Shown here: positions 25,732 to 36,137 of the stretch, piece after piece | Layout of the letters: every line of letters begins with the position of its first letter | Numbering within the stretch: the first letter of the stretch is position 1 | From: Chlamydiota bacterium | GTDB lineage: Bacteria; Chlamydiota; Chlamydiia; Chlamydiales; SM23-39 | Direction of reading: 5' to 3' | DNA length: 64,000 nucleotides | Assembly (NCBI GenBank): GCA_027451825.1 | Contig: DAIDHZ010000001.1 | Coordinates: 29,942-93,941 of the forward strand | Notes under the pieces: generated by a model | Database searches by the model: none | What the model saw: only the letters and a program-made list of their open reading frames with translations | Told to the model about the DNA's origin: nothing | Made by a program: the position numbers and the translations under genes

Positions 25732-26477
25732 AAGAAAAAGCCACTTGGGATGCATCCGAAAAATGGTATCATGAATGTGTCGGAGAAAAAGGACACTATT
25801 ACCATCAAAAAAACATTCTTGCCAATGCTCTTCGCCTTCTTCATTTAAAACCCAATGAATCACTTTTAGACTTAGGCTGCGGACAAGGCGTTCTCGAAAG
25901 ACATCTGCCGAAAGAAGTTCACTACGTAGGTGTCGATCAATCAAAAGCCCTGATCGCTCACGCAAAAAAAGCATCCAAAAGAGAATTTATTGTCGGAGAT
26001 GTGTGCGATCAAATCCCTCTTGAAAAACAAGACTTTGATGCCGCTTGTTTTATTCTTTCTTTACAAAACATGGAAAAAGGCGATCTGGCCATCAAAAACG
26101 CATCTCGCCATTTAAAACACCAAGGAAGACTTCTCATCGTATTAAATCATCCTTGCTTCCGCATTCCAAGACAAAGCCATTGGGGCATTGACGAACAAGC
26201 AAAAATCCAATATCGACGATTGAATACTTACATGTCAGCACAAAAAATCCCGATCCAAACAAATCCAAGTAAGCAAGAAACATCCGCCCTCACTTACTCT
26301 TATCATCATCCTCTCTCCACATATACAACTTGGCTTCATAAAAACCATTTTGTGATCGCTCAAATGGAAGAATGGTGTTCCGACAAAACAAGCGAAGGAT
26401 CTCACGCTAGGATGGAAAATAAAGCACGTAAAGAATTCCCTCTTTTTCTAGCTCTTCTTTGTCATCTGGAAAGATAA
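25728..26477 (+). CDS. Class I SAM-dependent methyltransferase
   Basis: LLDLGCGQG motif I followed by an acidic post-I residue. The start ATG overlaps the permease stop (ATGA). Confidence 0.8.
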   Translation: MKEKATWDASEKWYHECVGEKGHYYHQKNILANALRLLHLKPNESLLDLGCGQGVLERHLPKEVHYVGVDQSKALIAHAKKASKREFIVGDVCDQIPLEKQDFDAACFILSLQNMEKGDLAIKNASRHLKHQGRLLIVLNHPCFRIPRQSHWGIDEQAKIQYRRLNTYMSAQKIPIQTNPSKQETSALTYSYHHPLSTYTTWLHKNHFVIAQMEEWCSDKTSEGSHARMENKARKEFPLFLALLCHLER

Positions 26478-26779
26478 AGAGCTTCCTTCATCGCTTTTCT
26501 GTATGTATCTCTATAATGCTGATCCTTGATTTTGATCTGTGGAGGCAATTGAGAAGTTGCTCTAAATAACGTTTCCGGAAGAGAGTGATAATAATCTCTT
26601 GCAGCACCCAAGTCTCTCTTTAACAAAGCTTGCATTTTTTCATAAACACGTTGAATCGCAAGATGATCTAAATCTCTTTTCTGCTCAGGACGTATCTGAA
26701 AACCTTTCTCCTCCTTTTGAAAACATCGCGATCTTGGTGCAGTTGCAGCTCTTTCTGGCGGCAAAGAATTGACAGACAT
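26462..26779 (-). CDS. Hypothetical protein (105 aa)
   Basis: ORF only. It converges on the methyltransferase gene with a 16-nt overlap. Confidence 0.35.
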   Translation of the reverse strand: MSVNSLPPERAATAPRSRCFQKEEKGFQIRPEQKRDLDHLAIQRVYEKMQALLKRDLGAARDYYHSLPETLFRATSQLPPQIKIKDQHYRDTYRKAMKEALYLSR

Positions 26780-26929
26780 ATCCTCTCCCTAAAAATTGAG
26801 ATAAAGAACATAGCACTCTCCAAAATTGTAAATAAAGAGGAAATTGCAAGACTCCCGCCAAATGGAGTCTTGCAATTTCCCCTAAAGAAAAAATTGCATT
26901 TCAAACAGCACCTGATATAACGTATGTTC

Positions 26930-28750
26930 ATGTGCGGCGTATTTGGTTACATTGGCATCAGAAATCCTCTTGAAGTATGTCTTTCAGGACTTGAGAAACT
27001 CGAATATCGAGGTTACGATTCTTCCGGTATTGGAGGCATTTTTGAGGGTCAAATCGTTCTCTGTAAAAAAGCCGGCAAATTATCTGCTCTAAAAAACTCG
27101 ATTCAACTTCCTCAAATCTCTCTTGCGATTGCTCATACAAGATGGGCAACTCATGGGAAAGTCAATGACGAAAATGCACATCCTCACTTGGATTTCACTC
27201 AATCGATTGCGCTCATTCACAATGGAATCATTGAAAATTACAAAGAACTCAAAAACGACCTTCTCAAAGAAGGAATCACATTCTCTTCAGATACCGATAC
27301 AGAAGTCATCGCCAATTTAATTGCCAAATACTACGAAGGAGATCTCGTTCAAGCACTCAACGCAACTTTATCTCAGCTTAAAGGCATTTTTGCGCTCGTT
27401 GTCATTCATAAAGACCATCCAGATCAAATTATTGCAGCAGCAAGAGACTGCCCCCTTTCCATTGGCTATAGTGATCAAGAAGATGAATCTTTAATTTCCT
27501 CAGATCCCAATGCGTTTGAAGAATCGAACTACAACATTGTGTTCTTAAAAGATGATGAAATTGCTAAAGTTCAAAAAAAATCGATTAAAATCTACAATAA
27601 AAATTTAGACATCATTTCTAAAAAAATAGAGAGGCTCGAAATCGATATCAGACCCCCATCCAAAGAAGGTTTTGAGCACTATATGCTCAAAGAAATCTTC
27701 GAACAACCCCTCACCATTAAAAAAGCTCTTTTAGGACGCTATGATGAAGATATTTTCTTTGAAGAGCTCAAACTTTCTACGGATGTTTTAAAAAAGATCA
27801 AAAATCTTTGGATTCTTGGTTGTGGAACGTCTTCTCATGCAGGACGAATCGCCTCTCTTTTAGTCGAAGATTGGGCAAGACTTCCATCCAGTGTAGAAAT
27901 CGCATCGGAAGCACGTTATCGAAACCCTTTAATTTCGGAAGAAACACTCATCGTTGCCATCAGTCAATCCGGAGAAACGGCAGACACACTCGCCGCTTTA
28001 AAAGAGACCAAAAAATACCATTGTCCTAATTTAGGAATCTGCAATGTTAAAAACTCCACTTTGGCAAGGGAAACAGATGGAGTGATCCTCCTCAAGGCAG
28101 GACCTGAAATCAGTGTCTGCTCCACAAAAGCATTCACTTCGCAAATTGCAGTCCTCACACTTTTCTCTCTCTATCTAGCACGTCTTCACAACCAACTTTC
28201 TAAATCTCAAGTCAAAACCATCTTTGAAGAGCTGCAAGAAATTCCAAAACACATAGAAACCGTACTGAACCAACTACCAACGATTCAAGCCATTGCCAAA
28301 AAATACGCAAAATTTGAACATTTTTTCTTCATGGGTCGTGGATACATGCTTCCAACGGCGATGGAAGCCGCCCTCAAACTCAAAGAAATCTCCTATGTTA
28401 ATGCAAACGCATATCCGGCAGGAGAGTTAAAACATGGACCCATTGCACTTTTGCATTCTCAATTTCCTGTCGTCGCTTTCTGCGCCCATAAAAAAACACG
28501 AGATAAAATCATCAGCAATCTCACCGAAGTCAAAGCAAGAGGATCTCCCGTTCTTGCCATTGCTCCATCTGATGATTCAGAAATCAAAGAGATTGCAGAT
28601 GATGTGATTTATGTTCCAAAAACTCGCGATGAACTGGCTCCCTTTAGCTCATCCGTTGTAGGTCAGCTTTTTGCCTATTTTATCGCCAAAGAAAGAGGCT
28701 GCGATATTGACCAACCTCGCAATCTCGCAAAATCCGTCACAGTGGAATGA
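26930..28750 (+). CDS. glmS: Glutamine--fructose-6-phosphate aminotransferase
   Basis: MCGVFGYIG gives the Ntn Cys right after Met, so I use the second ATG (26930) rather than 26924. Two SIS domains are present, and the C-terminus is KSVTVE. Confidence 0.96.
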   Translation: MCGVFGYIGIRNPLEVCLSGLEKLEYRGYDSSGIGGIFEGQIVLCKKAGKLSALKNSIQLPQISLAIAHTRWATHGKVNDENAHPHLDFTQSIALIHNGIIENYKELKNDLLKEGITFSSDTDTEVIANLIAKYYEGDLVQALNATLSQLKGIFALVVIHKDHPDQIIAAARDCPLSIGYSDQEDESLISSDPNAFEESNYNIVFLKDDEIAKVQKKSIKIYNKNLDIISKKIERLEIDIRPPSKEGFEHYMLKEIFEQPLTIKKALLGRYDEDIFFEELKLSTDVLKKIKNLWILGCGTSSHAGRIASLLVEDWARLPSSVEIASEARYRNPLISEETLIVAISQSGETADTLAALKETKKYHCPNLGICNVKNSTLARETDGVILLKAGPEISVCSTKAFTSQIAVLTLFSLYLARLHNQLSKSQVKTIFEELQEIPKHIETVLNQLPTIQAIAKKYAKFEHFFFMGRGYMLPTAMEAALKLKEISYVNANAYPAGELKHGPIALLHSQFPVVAFCAHKKTRDKIISNLTEVKARGSPVLAIAPSDDSEIKEIADDVIYVPKTRDELAPFSSSVVGQLFAYFIAKERGCDIDQPRNLAKSVTVE

Positions 28751-30042
28751 AACGTTTTATCCTTTTTTCATCCAGTTTCATCCTATTGATTCTTCTGATC
28801 CCTTCGATTCTTTCCTCATTTTTAGGAAAACCTCTATTTTTACTCATCTTAAAAAAACATTTCGAAAGCGATATTCACATTGAGCAAGTTCATTTAACTT
28901 GGTTAGGGCCTCAAACATTCCATCTGATTACCTTTTCAAATAACGAACTGAAAGGATCGATTCAAGATCTCTCCTCTACAGTTCCTTTTTGGCAGCTAAA
29001 GAAAGTCAAACAATCATTCCAACTTACAAATGGAACATTGACTCTTCCCGAAGATCCACAACATTCTTTACACAATGTAAGTATCACATTTCAAAAAAAC
29101 ATCATCCAAGCCAATGGAAAAATAATGGATGGATCTCTTGCAATTGAAGGCACTCTAGATCCAAATCAATTCCATGTAACAGCCCAAGTCCAAAATTTCC
29201 CCACCAAAATCCTCGACCCTTTCGTAAATCATTTAAGCTCTATTTTAGGTCATTTAATCTCATTCAATGGTTCTTATTCCTACAAAAACAACATCGGTTC
29301 TTTTACCGGTCAATTTTCTTCCTCAAATATCGATGGATCCATCAACGGACAACTTCAAAATCAAGTGTTCACGCTAAAAAATCCTCTTTCTCTTGTGATT
29401 CACTTAAAAAAAGAGCTCAGCGAGTATCTCATCCATCAAATGCACCTTCCGATCTCCTCGATCACTGCAAGAAATCCCATCTTTTTGACCATTTTCCCTG
29501 AAAACACAAAAATCTCTTTCAAAACATTCGAAATCGGAAAAGGCATCTTAGATTTAGGCAAAATCAACCTAGAAAGTCAGAAAATCTATCTTTCTTTAAA
29601 GAAGCTCTTTAAAAATGTCGCTCTCAGCGCTCAAATTCCTTTTTGGTTTACCCCGATTCTCTTTGAATGGGGAAAAAATGATCTTCTCATCGATCGATTT
29701 GATGTACTCATTGCAAATTCAATCCATCTTTGTAGTTGGGGAAATATCAATCATCAAAATCTAGACATGATGTTAGGCATTCCACAAGATACCTTGAGTC
29801 GATTTTTCCATTTAGACAATCTCAATGAGAGCTTTGTCTTAAAAATTCCGGTGCATGGGACTCTTCAAGAACCGGATCTAGATGCGGGATCAGCTCTTGC
29901 CAAAATCATAAGTCTCTCTACAACACAAGAGCTCCCAGGAAAAACAGGCAAAATCTTTGGCAAAGTCGTAAGTAAAATCACTCAAAAGAAAGAAGAAAAA
30001 AACACTCCCCCTCCCCATCGTCCTTTCCCTTGGGAAAAATAA
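28747..30042 (+). CDS. Membrane-anchored hypothetical protein (431 aa)
   Basis: ATGA-coupled to glmS. It has an N-terminal TM helix followed by a beta-rich region. No family recognised. Confidence 0.6.
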   Translation: MKRFILFSSSFILLILLIPSILSSFLGKPLFLLILKKHFESDIHIEQVHLTWLGPQTFHLITFSNNELKGSIQDLSSTVPFWQLKKVKQSFQLTNGTLTLPEDPQHSLHNVSITFQKNIIQANGKIMDGSLAIEGTLDPNQFHVTAQVQNFPTKILDPFVNHLSSILGHLISFNGSYSYKNNIGSFTGQFSSSNIDGSINGQLQNQVFTLKNPLSLVIHLKKELSEYLIHQMHLPISSITARNPIFLTIFPENTKISFKTFEIGKGILDLGKINLESQKIYLSLKKLFKNVALSAQIPFWFTPILFEWGKNDLLIDRFDVLIANSIHLCSWGNINHQNLDMMLGIPQDTLSRFFHLDNLNESFVLKIPVHGTLQEPDLDAGSALAKIISLSTTQELPGKTGKIFGKVVSKITQKKEEKNTPPPHRPFPWEK

Positions 30043-30045
30043 AAA

Positions 30046-31440
30046 TTATTCCAAAGGAAGCCCTCTTGTTTCAACTCTACAAACAAGCGTCACAATCGAA
30101 CCAATCAAGCAAAGAATTCCGACCAAAATCAGCGTCGAAGAAAGCCCTATTGAATGAGCCGATAAAGGCAATAAAAAAACACCGATGACAGCTCCCATCT
30201 TGCCGCAAGCAGCCGCAAATCCGTGTCCAGTGCCTCTCAGCTGCGTTGGGAAAACTTCTACCGGCAAAAGATACGTCGTTGCATTCGGACCTAAATTCAC
30301 CATTAAATTAAAGAGACTAAATCCAAAAATAAGACCGCCTCTTGCATCTTTACCAAAGATAGCAACCATCCCCGTCCCGATTGCCATCCCGATAAATCCA
30401 AGAATTTGCAACTGAATCCGTCCTCTTGATTCCACCATCAAAATATTTAAAAAAAATCCAATCACTAAAAATAAGTCAGCAATCGATGCAGCGACATCGG
30501 ATCGAAAATCAGCAGCTAGAAACCCACTTGTGTACGCAGACTCTCCATGAAACAAATAAAGAAGAATCATCGGAGTAAAAAGGCCAATTCCGTAAAGTCC
30601 AATATCCATTAAAAACCAAGGAACTGCCGTCAAAATCGTTCGAGTTCTATATTTTGGCAAAAATAAATCTCTAAAAGATCCCTGCTTAGGCTCTTTTTCT
30701 TCTCTTTGAATCAACGTAAGTTTGCGATGAAATGAGACAACAGCCTCTTCTCCAAGAAGCCAACCTAAAACACGTGTTGCTTCTTTCAGGCGTCCTTTTC
30801 GAGCAAGAAAACGAGGGCTTTCTTGAATACGGCGCCTTGAAATCGCGACAATCGCAGAAGGAATCGCACAAGAAAACATCATCCATCGCCAAGCCCCATC
30901 GCCTCTTACAAAAAACAAAATCAATGTTGCTGCAGCTGCTGCCGTCATCATTCCTAGAGCTTGAAAACTAAAAGCTCCCGTCATCCATTTTCCACGATTT
31001 CGCCTTGGCATCACTTCCGCAATCAAAGATGCGCTAATCGGATATTCAGCACCGATGGCAACTCCCTGAAGAAAACGGAAAAAAATCAAAGAAAAAGAAC
31101 TCCACGCAATGGCACATAAAATCGAAGTCACTGTCAAAAGGGCGATATCGAAAAGCAAAATAAGACGTCTGCCATATCGATCCGAAAGTTGACCGGAAAT
31201 CAAAGCCCCAGGGATCGCTCCCAACAAAGTAGCTCCCGCAAAAAAACCTGCCATCGCAGGAGAAAAGCTCACAAAATAGGCCTGAATTAAAGGAAGAGCT
31301 AGGCTCATGATGAATAGATCATAGCCATTCAACCCAATCCCGGCCGCAGCAAGCGTCCACATCCATTTCTGATTGGCAGTTACCTTAGATTCATCGATCT
31401 CTTCATAGATGATCTTTCGAGCCGCAATTTCTTGAGTCAC
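30046..31440 (-). CDS. MFS transporter, sugar-porter/metabolite:H+ symporter type
   Basis: GQLSDRYGRRLILL and PESPRFL motifs, with 12 TM segments. Confidence 0.85.
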   Translation of the reverse strand: MTQEIAARKIIYEEIDESKVTANQKWMWTLAAAGIGLNGYDLFIMSLALPLIQAYFVSFSPAMAGFFAGATLLGAIPGALISGQLSDRYGRRLILLFDIALLTVTSILCAIAWSSFSLIFFRFLQGVAIGAEYPISASLIAEVMPRRNRGKWMTGAFSFQALGMMTAAAAATLILFFVRGDGAWRWMMFSCAIPSAIVAISRRRIQESPRFLARKGRLKEATRVLGWLLGEEAVVSFHRKLTLIQREEKEPKQGSFRDLFLPKYRTRTILTAVPWFLMDIGLYGIGLFTPMILLYLFHGESAYTSGFLAADFRSDVAASIADLFLVIGFFLNILMVESRGRIQLQILGFIGMAIGTGMVAIFGKDARGGLIFGFSLFNLMVNLGPNATTYLLPVEVFPTQLRGTGHGFAAACGKMGAVIGVFLLPLSAHSIGLSSTLILVGILCLIGSIVTLVCRVETRGLPLE

Positions 31441-31551
31441 AAACCCTCCAAAGCCTTATATATACGAAGCCAAAATGCGGTGCAACCCTAAAAAAAGCCT
31501 CCGATGAATAACGCAACACACTAACAAACAGCCACTTAAAAAGTATTGAAT

Positions 31552-31568
31552 TATATATATATATATAT
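31552..31568. repeat. (TA)8 dinucleotide microsatellite in a divergent promoter region
   Basis: TATATATATATATATAT lies between the MFS gene start (31440, minus strand) and ORF 31627 (plus strand). Confidence 0.95.
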
Positions 31569-31626
31569 TAAAATTAAACTATAAAATCTTAATAAATATT
31601 AAAATAACAAAAAAAGGAAAATAAAA

Positions 31627-31905
31627 ATGTCAAATCAAGTCAGTTTTCATACAAATACAGATAGATTATTCGCTGGTATAGCTTCTTATTCACAACCAGC
31701 AGAAGACGCATTTTCATCACATCCACATAATGTTCGTCTACGACAAGCACGCGAGGCTTATGATTCTTATCAAGGACCAGATCGATCAGTTGTAGTAGTA
31801 GCAATACGCTGTGGTGTAGAAAGACGAGATCAAGAAAATATGGAAACATTTGCAGAACGAGTAGAGGACGCTGCAAGACAGTACGTTTTAGCAGGTCTCG
31901 GATAG
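31627..31905 (+). CDS. Small hypothetical protein (92 aa)
   Basis: An AAGGA sequence lies 10 nt upstream of the ATG, and a hairpin (31918..31951) lies downstream. The antisense frame is also open, so coding is uncertain. Confidence 0.4.
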   Translation: MSNQVSFHTNTDRLFAGIASYSQPAEDAFSSHPHNVRLRQAREAYDSYQGPDRSVVVVAIRCGVERRDQENMETFAERVEDAARQYVLAGLG

Positions 31906-31971
31906 TGATTAGGAACAATGAGCGCCTTAGACCCTACTCCGAGACGCTCATATAATCATCACTTTGCTTAT

Positions 31972-33027
31972 TTAGGCAATTGTAATCTCTTTACACAAGT
32001 AAACATCTTGGATGGCGTGAAGCAGCTGCACGCCTTCTTTCATGGGCTTTTGAAAGGCTTTGCGGCCTGAAATCAGCCCCATGCCGCCTGCCCGTTTATT
32101 AATCACCGCTGTTTTCACAGCTTCTTCAAGATCGTTCTTGCCTGAAGGGCCTCCTGAGTTAATGAGCCCCATCCTTCCCATATAATTGTTCAGTATTTGG
32201 TAACGTGTTAAATCAATCGGATGATCCGTTGATAAACTTGTATACATCAGATCTGACGACTTTCCAAATTTAAGCGCTTTAAAACCACCATTGCACTCAG
32301 GCAATTTTTGCTTGATGATATCGGCTTCAATCGTCACGCCTAGGTGATTTGCCTGTCCTGTTAAGTCGGCAGCTTCATGGTAATCTTTTTCTGCCGTTTT
32401 AAAGGCAGGATTGCGCAAATAACACCAAAGAACCGTTGTCATTCCAAGTTCATGAGCATGCTGAAAAGCGCGACTTACTTCAATAATCTGACGACGGCTC
32501 TCTAAAGATCCAAAATAGATGGTAGCTCCCACGGCAACACATCCCATCTCATAGGCTTGTTTTACAGATGCAAAAAGAGTCTGATCATAGGTATTTGGAT
32601 AGGAGAGAAGTTCATTATGATTGAACTTTAAAAGAAACGGAATTTTATGCGCATATTTACGAGCAACGCTTCCCAAAGATCCAAGTGTTGTTGCCACTGC
32701 ATTGCATCCGCCTTCGATAGCAAGTCGAATGATATTTTCAGGATCAAAATATTCAGGATTCGGAGCAAAAGAGGCTCCCGCCGTATGTTCAATTCCTTGA
32801 TCGACTGGTAAAATTGAAAGATACCCCGTTTTAGCAAGTCTTCCTGACTGAAACATCGTTTGCAAACTACGAAGCACACGAATGTTTCGATCGCTCATCA
32901 TGAAAATACGATCGACCCAATCAGGCCCCGGCAAATGAAGCTGATCTTTACTCACAGTCTTACATACATGCTTCAATAAACTTTCAGAAGAATCTCCAAG
33001 GATTTTTTGAATATCAGAATATCCCAC
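31972..33027 (-). CDS. fbaB: Class I fructose-bisphosphate aldolase, DhnA/FbaB type
   Basis: 351 aa. It has the aldolase-type TIM barrel with the Schiff-base Lys region (ADIIKQKLP) and resembles the E. coli FbaB / chlamydial DhnA family. Confidence 0.85.
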   Translation of the reverse strand: MGYSDIQKILGDSSESLLKHVCKTVSKDQLHLPGPDWVDRIFMMSDRNIRVLRSLQTMFQSGRLAKTGYLSILPVDQGIEHTAGASFAPNPEYFDPENIIRLAIEGGCNAVATTLGSLGSVARKYAHKIPFLLKFNHNELLSYPNTYDQTLFASVKQAYEMGCVAVGATIYFGSLESRRQIIEVSRAFQHAHELGMTTVLWCYLRNPAFKTAEKDYHEAADLTGQANHLGVTIEADIIKQKLPECNGGFKALKFGKSSDLMYTSLSTDHPIDLTRYQILNNYMGRMGLINSGGPSGKNDLEEAVKTAVINKRAGGMGLISGRKAFQKPMKEGVQLLHAIQDVYLCKEITIA

Positions 33028-33057
33028 ACCAACCTACTTTTTAGACTTATTTTTAGG

Positions 33058-34233
33058 TTAATCAGAGACAAATAGCAAGAAACTTTTTAAGTAAGAGGTT
33101 TCCGGATGAAAAATAGAAATCGGATGATCTTGAGCAAGCCTGTGACGCCCCACAATTTGAACAGAACGCTTTGCTCCAAGAGCGGCTCGAAAGAGAATGT
33201 TTTGAAAAAGTTCTTCCCCTACATGATAAGAACAAGAGCATGTTAAAAGAAGCGTCCCCGATCGAACCTTTGACATTGCAAATTGGTTCATATCTTTATA
33301 GGCGCGAAATGCAACATCAACATCGCTTCGTTTTTTCACAAAAGCAGGAGGATCTAAAATGACAAGATCATAATTCCAATCACACTTAGGCAAAAAGTCA
33401 AACACGTCGCTTTCAATGAATCGATGCTGACTCGGATCTAAAGCATTCAAAGTTATATTACGATCGATAATAGGCCCGCATTTTTTACTCACTTCCACAC
33501 TGTCCACATGAGAAGCTCCGCCTGCCAAAGCCGCAATCGAAAAGCCTCCTGTGTAAGAAAAGCAATTCAACACTCGTTTATTTTCGGAAAGCTGTTTCAC
33601 CTGCAAGCGCATTTCTCTTTGATCTAAGAAAAAGCCGGTCTTTTGTCCTTCTACAAAATCGACAGAAAAACGAAGGTTATTTTCTAAAATCTCGCTTTCA
33701 GAAATTTGAGCGCCATAAAGATGTTGGCGAACCTCTTTTAAACCCTCTTTTTTTCTTAAAAAAGAGGTCGATTTTTCAAAGATAGCAGCCGGAGAAAAAG
33801 ATTCAACAAGTAAAGAAACAATCAAATCTCGAATCTTCTCGATCCCCGGATGAGAAATTTGAAGAACCAAAACATTCGCATAACAATCGACAATAAGGCC
33901 CGGGATTCCATCTCCCTCTGCATTCACCAATCGATAGCTATTGGTCACTTTAGGATCGAACCACTTTTCTCGAAGAAGTTTCGCCCGTTTTAAAGAAGCG
34001 CGTAAAGACTCTTCTAAAGATATCTCACCAAAAGCAATCATGTGAGCTGCAATCGAATGGCCGAGATTTAAAAACGCAAGCCCCAATTTTTGGCCGCTTG
34101 CATCCAAAACTTCCACTAAATCGCCATCTTCTCCCGATTGCTTTGCAATAGCCCCTGAATAGATCCAGAAATGGCCCTGAAGAATCGGACGTTCTTTGCC
34201 CTTTTTTAAACTAAGGCGAGCTTTTGTTTGCAT
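33058..34233 (-). CDS. rlmI: 23S rRNA m5C methyltransferase RlmI-like (PUA + SAM MTase)
   Basis: HFWIYSGAI at the N-terminus (PUA), GFFLDQRE, NCFSYTGGFS, and DPPAF. Confidence 0.88.
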   Translation of the reverse strand: MQTKARLSLKKGKERPILQGHFWIYSGAIAKQSGEDGDLVEVLDASGQKLGLAFLNLGHSIAAHMIAFGEISLEESLRASLKRAKLLREKWFDPKVTNSYRLVNAEGDGIPGLIVDCYANVLVLQISHPGIEKIRDLIVSLLVESFSPAAIFEKSTSFLRKKEGLKEVRQHLYGAQISESEILENNLRFSVDFVEGQKTGFFLDQREMRLQVKQLSENKRVLNCFSYTGGFSIAALAGGASHVDSVEVSKKCGPIIDRNITLNALDPSQHRFIESDVFDFLPKCDWNYDLVILDPPAFVKKRSDVDVAFRAYKDMNQFAMSKVRSGTLLLTCSCSYHVGEELFQNILFRAALGAKRSVQIVGRHRLAQDHPISIFHPETSYLKSFLLFVSD

Positions 34234-35585
34234 GGAAGAGGTCCTAATACAGTACCGATGAGATCATAATCTGACACATCTGTAATTTCAACTTCGTAGA
34301 GTTTCCCAAATTGAGTCACTCGTCTTCCATCATTGATGATGATTTGTCCATCAATATCCGGACATTGCCCTTGATGACGAGCTCTTAAAAGAAGATTGGA
34401 TTCAGGATGAAAACCTTCGACAATAGCGATCACTTTTTTCCCAATCCACTCTTTTTGTCTTTTTCTTAAAACCTTCAATTGCGCTTTGGCAAGTCTTTCA
34501 AAACGATCCTTTTTCACCTCTTCAGAAATTTGATTCTCAAGACGCGCTGCATACGCTTCTTTCTCTAAAGAAAACTGAAAAATCCCAACATTATCTAAAG
34601 GATGCTCCTTCACAAATTTGAGCATTTCCTGAAATTGCTCTTCCGTCTCACCGGGGAACCCCACCATCAAAGAGGTTCGAATGACAATACCTGGAATTTC
34701 TTCACGTAATTTTTGAATGATTTGAACAATTTCTTCTTTCGAAGTTGTTCGATGCATCGCCTTTAGCATCTCATTATTGACGTGTTGAAGCGGCATATCA
34801 AGGTACGGACAAATTCTTGAATCACTTTTCATGACAGAAATCAATTCATCGTCAATTTCATCAGGGTACAAATACAAAAGTCGAATCCAAAAATTTTGCT
34901 TGATTTCAAGCATCGATCGAAGCAGCCTTGCCAAAGCCCCTTTCTCTTTACGATCCCTTCCAAAATCCCCTAAATCCTGAGCAATCAAAATGATTTCAAA
35001 AACGCCCTGAGAAAGAAGCGCTTGAAACTCTTTTAAAACTTGAGTCTCCGTCTTACTTTTTAAAGGACCTTTAATCGTTGGAATGATACAAAAAGCACAC
35101 CGTTTCTTACAGCCTTCAGCAATTTTCAAATAGGCATAGTGCTTGGGAGTCGATATTGTGCGAGGAACTTCACCCCATTGAAGATAGCTTTTTGCATCGG
35201 TCACTTCTTCTCCGGAAGATCCCGCTTGAACTGCCTGCAAAATCTTTTCCACATCACCGGATCCCAAAAGATAGTGAATCTCCGGAAATTTCTCCTTCAA
35301 TTCGCCGCTATGCTTTTGCACCATGCATCCGGCAACAATGACCTTGGCATCTTTCTTTTTTCTTTGAAAAAGATCCTGAATCGTATCCACCCCTTCTTGG
35401 CGAGATGCTTCCAAAAAGCCGCACGTATTGACAACCAAATAATCGGCATCTTCCACAGTTGAAGAAGCCTCATATCCGTTTTTTAACAAAATCCCAATCA
35501 TGACCTCGCTATCCACAAGATTGCGAGCACATCCGAGAGAGGTGAAATGAAATTTATTTTGAAAATCAATCTTTCTTTTAAACAT
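34206..35585 (-). CDS. rimO: Ribosomal protein S12 methylthiotransferase (radical SAM, MTTase)
   Basis: SLGCARNLVDSE in the N-terminal UPF0004 domain, the radical-SAM CKKRCAFC motif, and a C-terminal TRAM domain. Confidence 0.82.
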   Translation of the reverse strand: MFKRKIDFQNKFHFTSLGCARNLVDSEVMIGILLKNGYEASSTVEDADYLVVNTCGFLEASRQEGVDTIQDLFQRKKKDAKVIVAGCMVQKHSGELKEKFPEIHYLLGSGDVEKILQAVQAGSSGEEVTDAKSYLQWGEVPRTISTPKHYAYLKIAEGCKKRCAFCIIPTIKGPLKSKTETQVLKEFQALLSQGVFEIILIAQDLGDFGRDRKEKGALARLLRSMLEIKQNFWIRLLYLYPDEIDDELISVMKSDSRICPYLDMPLQHVNNEMLKAMHRTTSKEEIVQIIQKLREEIPGIVIRTSLMVGFPGETEEQFQEMLKFVKEHPLDNVGIFQFSLEKEAYAARLENQISEEVKKDRFERLAKAQLKVLRKRQKEWIGKKVIAIVEGFHPESNLLLRARHQGQCPDIDGQIIINDGRRVTQFGKLYEVEITDVSDYDLIGTVLGPLPCKQKLALV

Positions 35586-35608
35586 GGCTTAAGGATTATA
35601 CCCATTCA

Positions 35609-36028
35609 CTATTTTTTAGAAGAAGCCAAAATTGAGAAGACATCTCGAACCCCTCGATCAATAAAATGCAAGGTTTCTTGAACCATCCGCCTTTCTAACC
35701 TTCTAAAATCAACCACTCTCTCTTTGTTACAACAACCTGAAGAAGGACTATCTGCCACGCCTTTTTCCTTCAAAGGATCCTGATGTGATGGATGAGAAGA
35801 CTGACAACTCACTTCACGAGGACATGAAGAAGAAATTGTACCAACGAGAGCCTGACGAGGGAAAGATGATGATCGCACCTCAGAAGGAGGACTCTTTTCT
35901 AGAGAACGAACCTCCGGAGACTTCCTGCCTCCAGTGATTGATATATTGGAACACACTTCACTCCTAGAAGAACAAGACAAGGCCCCGCTCCTAAAAGAAG
36001 GATCCCAAAAAGAACAAGGATAAGACAT
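35609..36028 (-). CDS. Ser/Cys/Pro-rich hypothetical protein (139 aa)
   Basis: ORF with repeated xEV(R/S/C)S motifs, divergent from oppB. Low complexity, so coding is uncertain. Confidence 0.35.
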   Translation of the reverse strand: MSYPCSFWDPSFRSGALSCSSRSEVCSNISITGGRKSPEVRSLEKSPPSEVRSSSFPRQALVGTISSSCPREVSCQSSHPSHQDPLKEKGVADSPSSGCCNKERVVDFRRLERRMVQETLHFIDRGVRDVFSILASSKK

Positions 36029-36137
36029 AAAATCACCATTTTTTATATGAAATTTTAAAGAATAAAAAAGAATAAAAAAAGTAAAAAAAAAATGCTAACA
36101 CCTTTATTCCTATTTTCATAAAAATTAGGCTATACAA

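Noticed and set aside
26780-26929. A possible glmS ribozyme upstream of glmS
   Set aside because: I saw no conserved ribozyme core or pseudoknot-like pairing. The region is short and AT-rich, and this riboswitch is characteristic of Firmicutes rather than this lineage.
31640-31918. A 92-aa minus-strand ORF fully overlapping ORF 31627..31905
   Set aside because: It is a mirror ORF of the plus-strand candidate. It has no ribosome-binding sequence, while the plus strand has AAGGA upstream of its ATG. At most one of the two is real, and even that one is low confidence.
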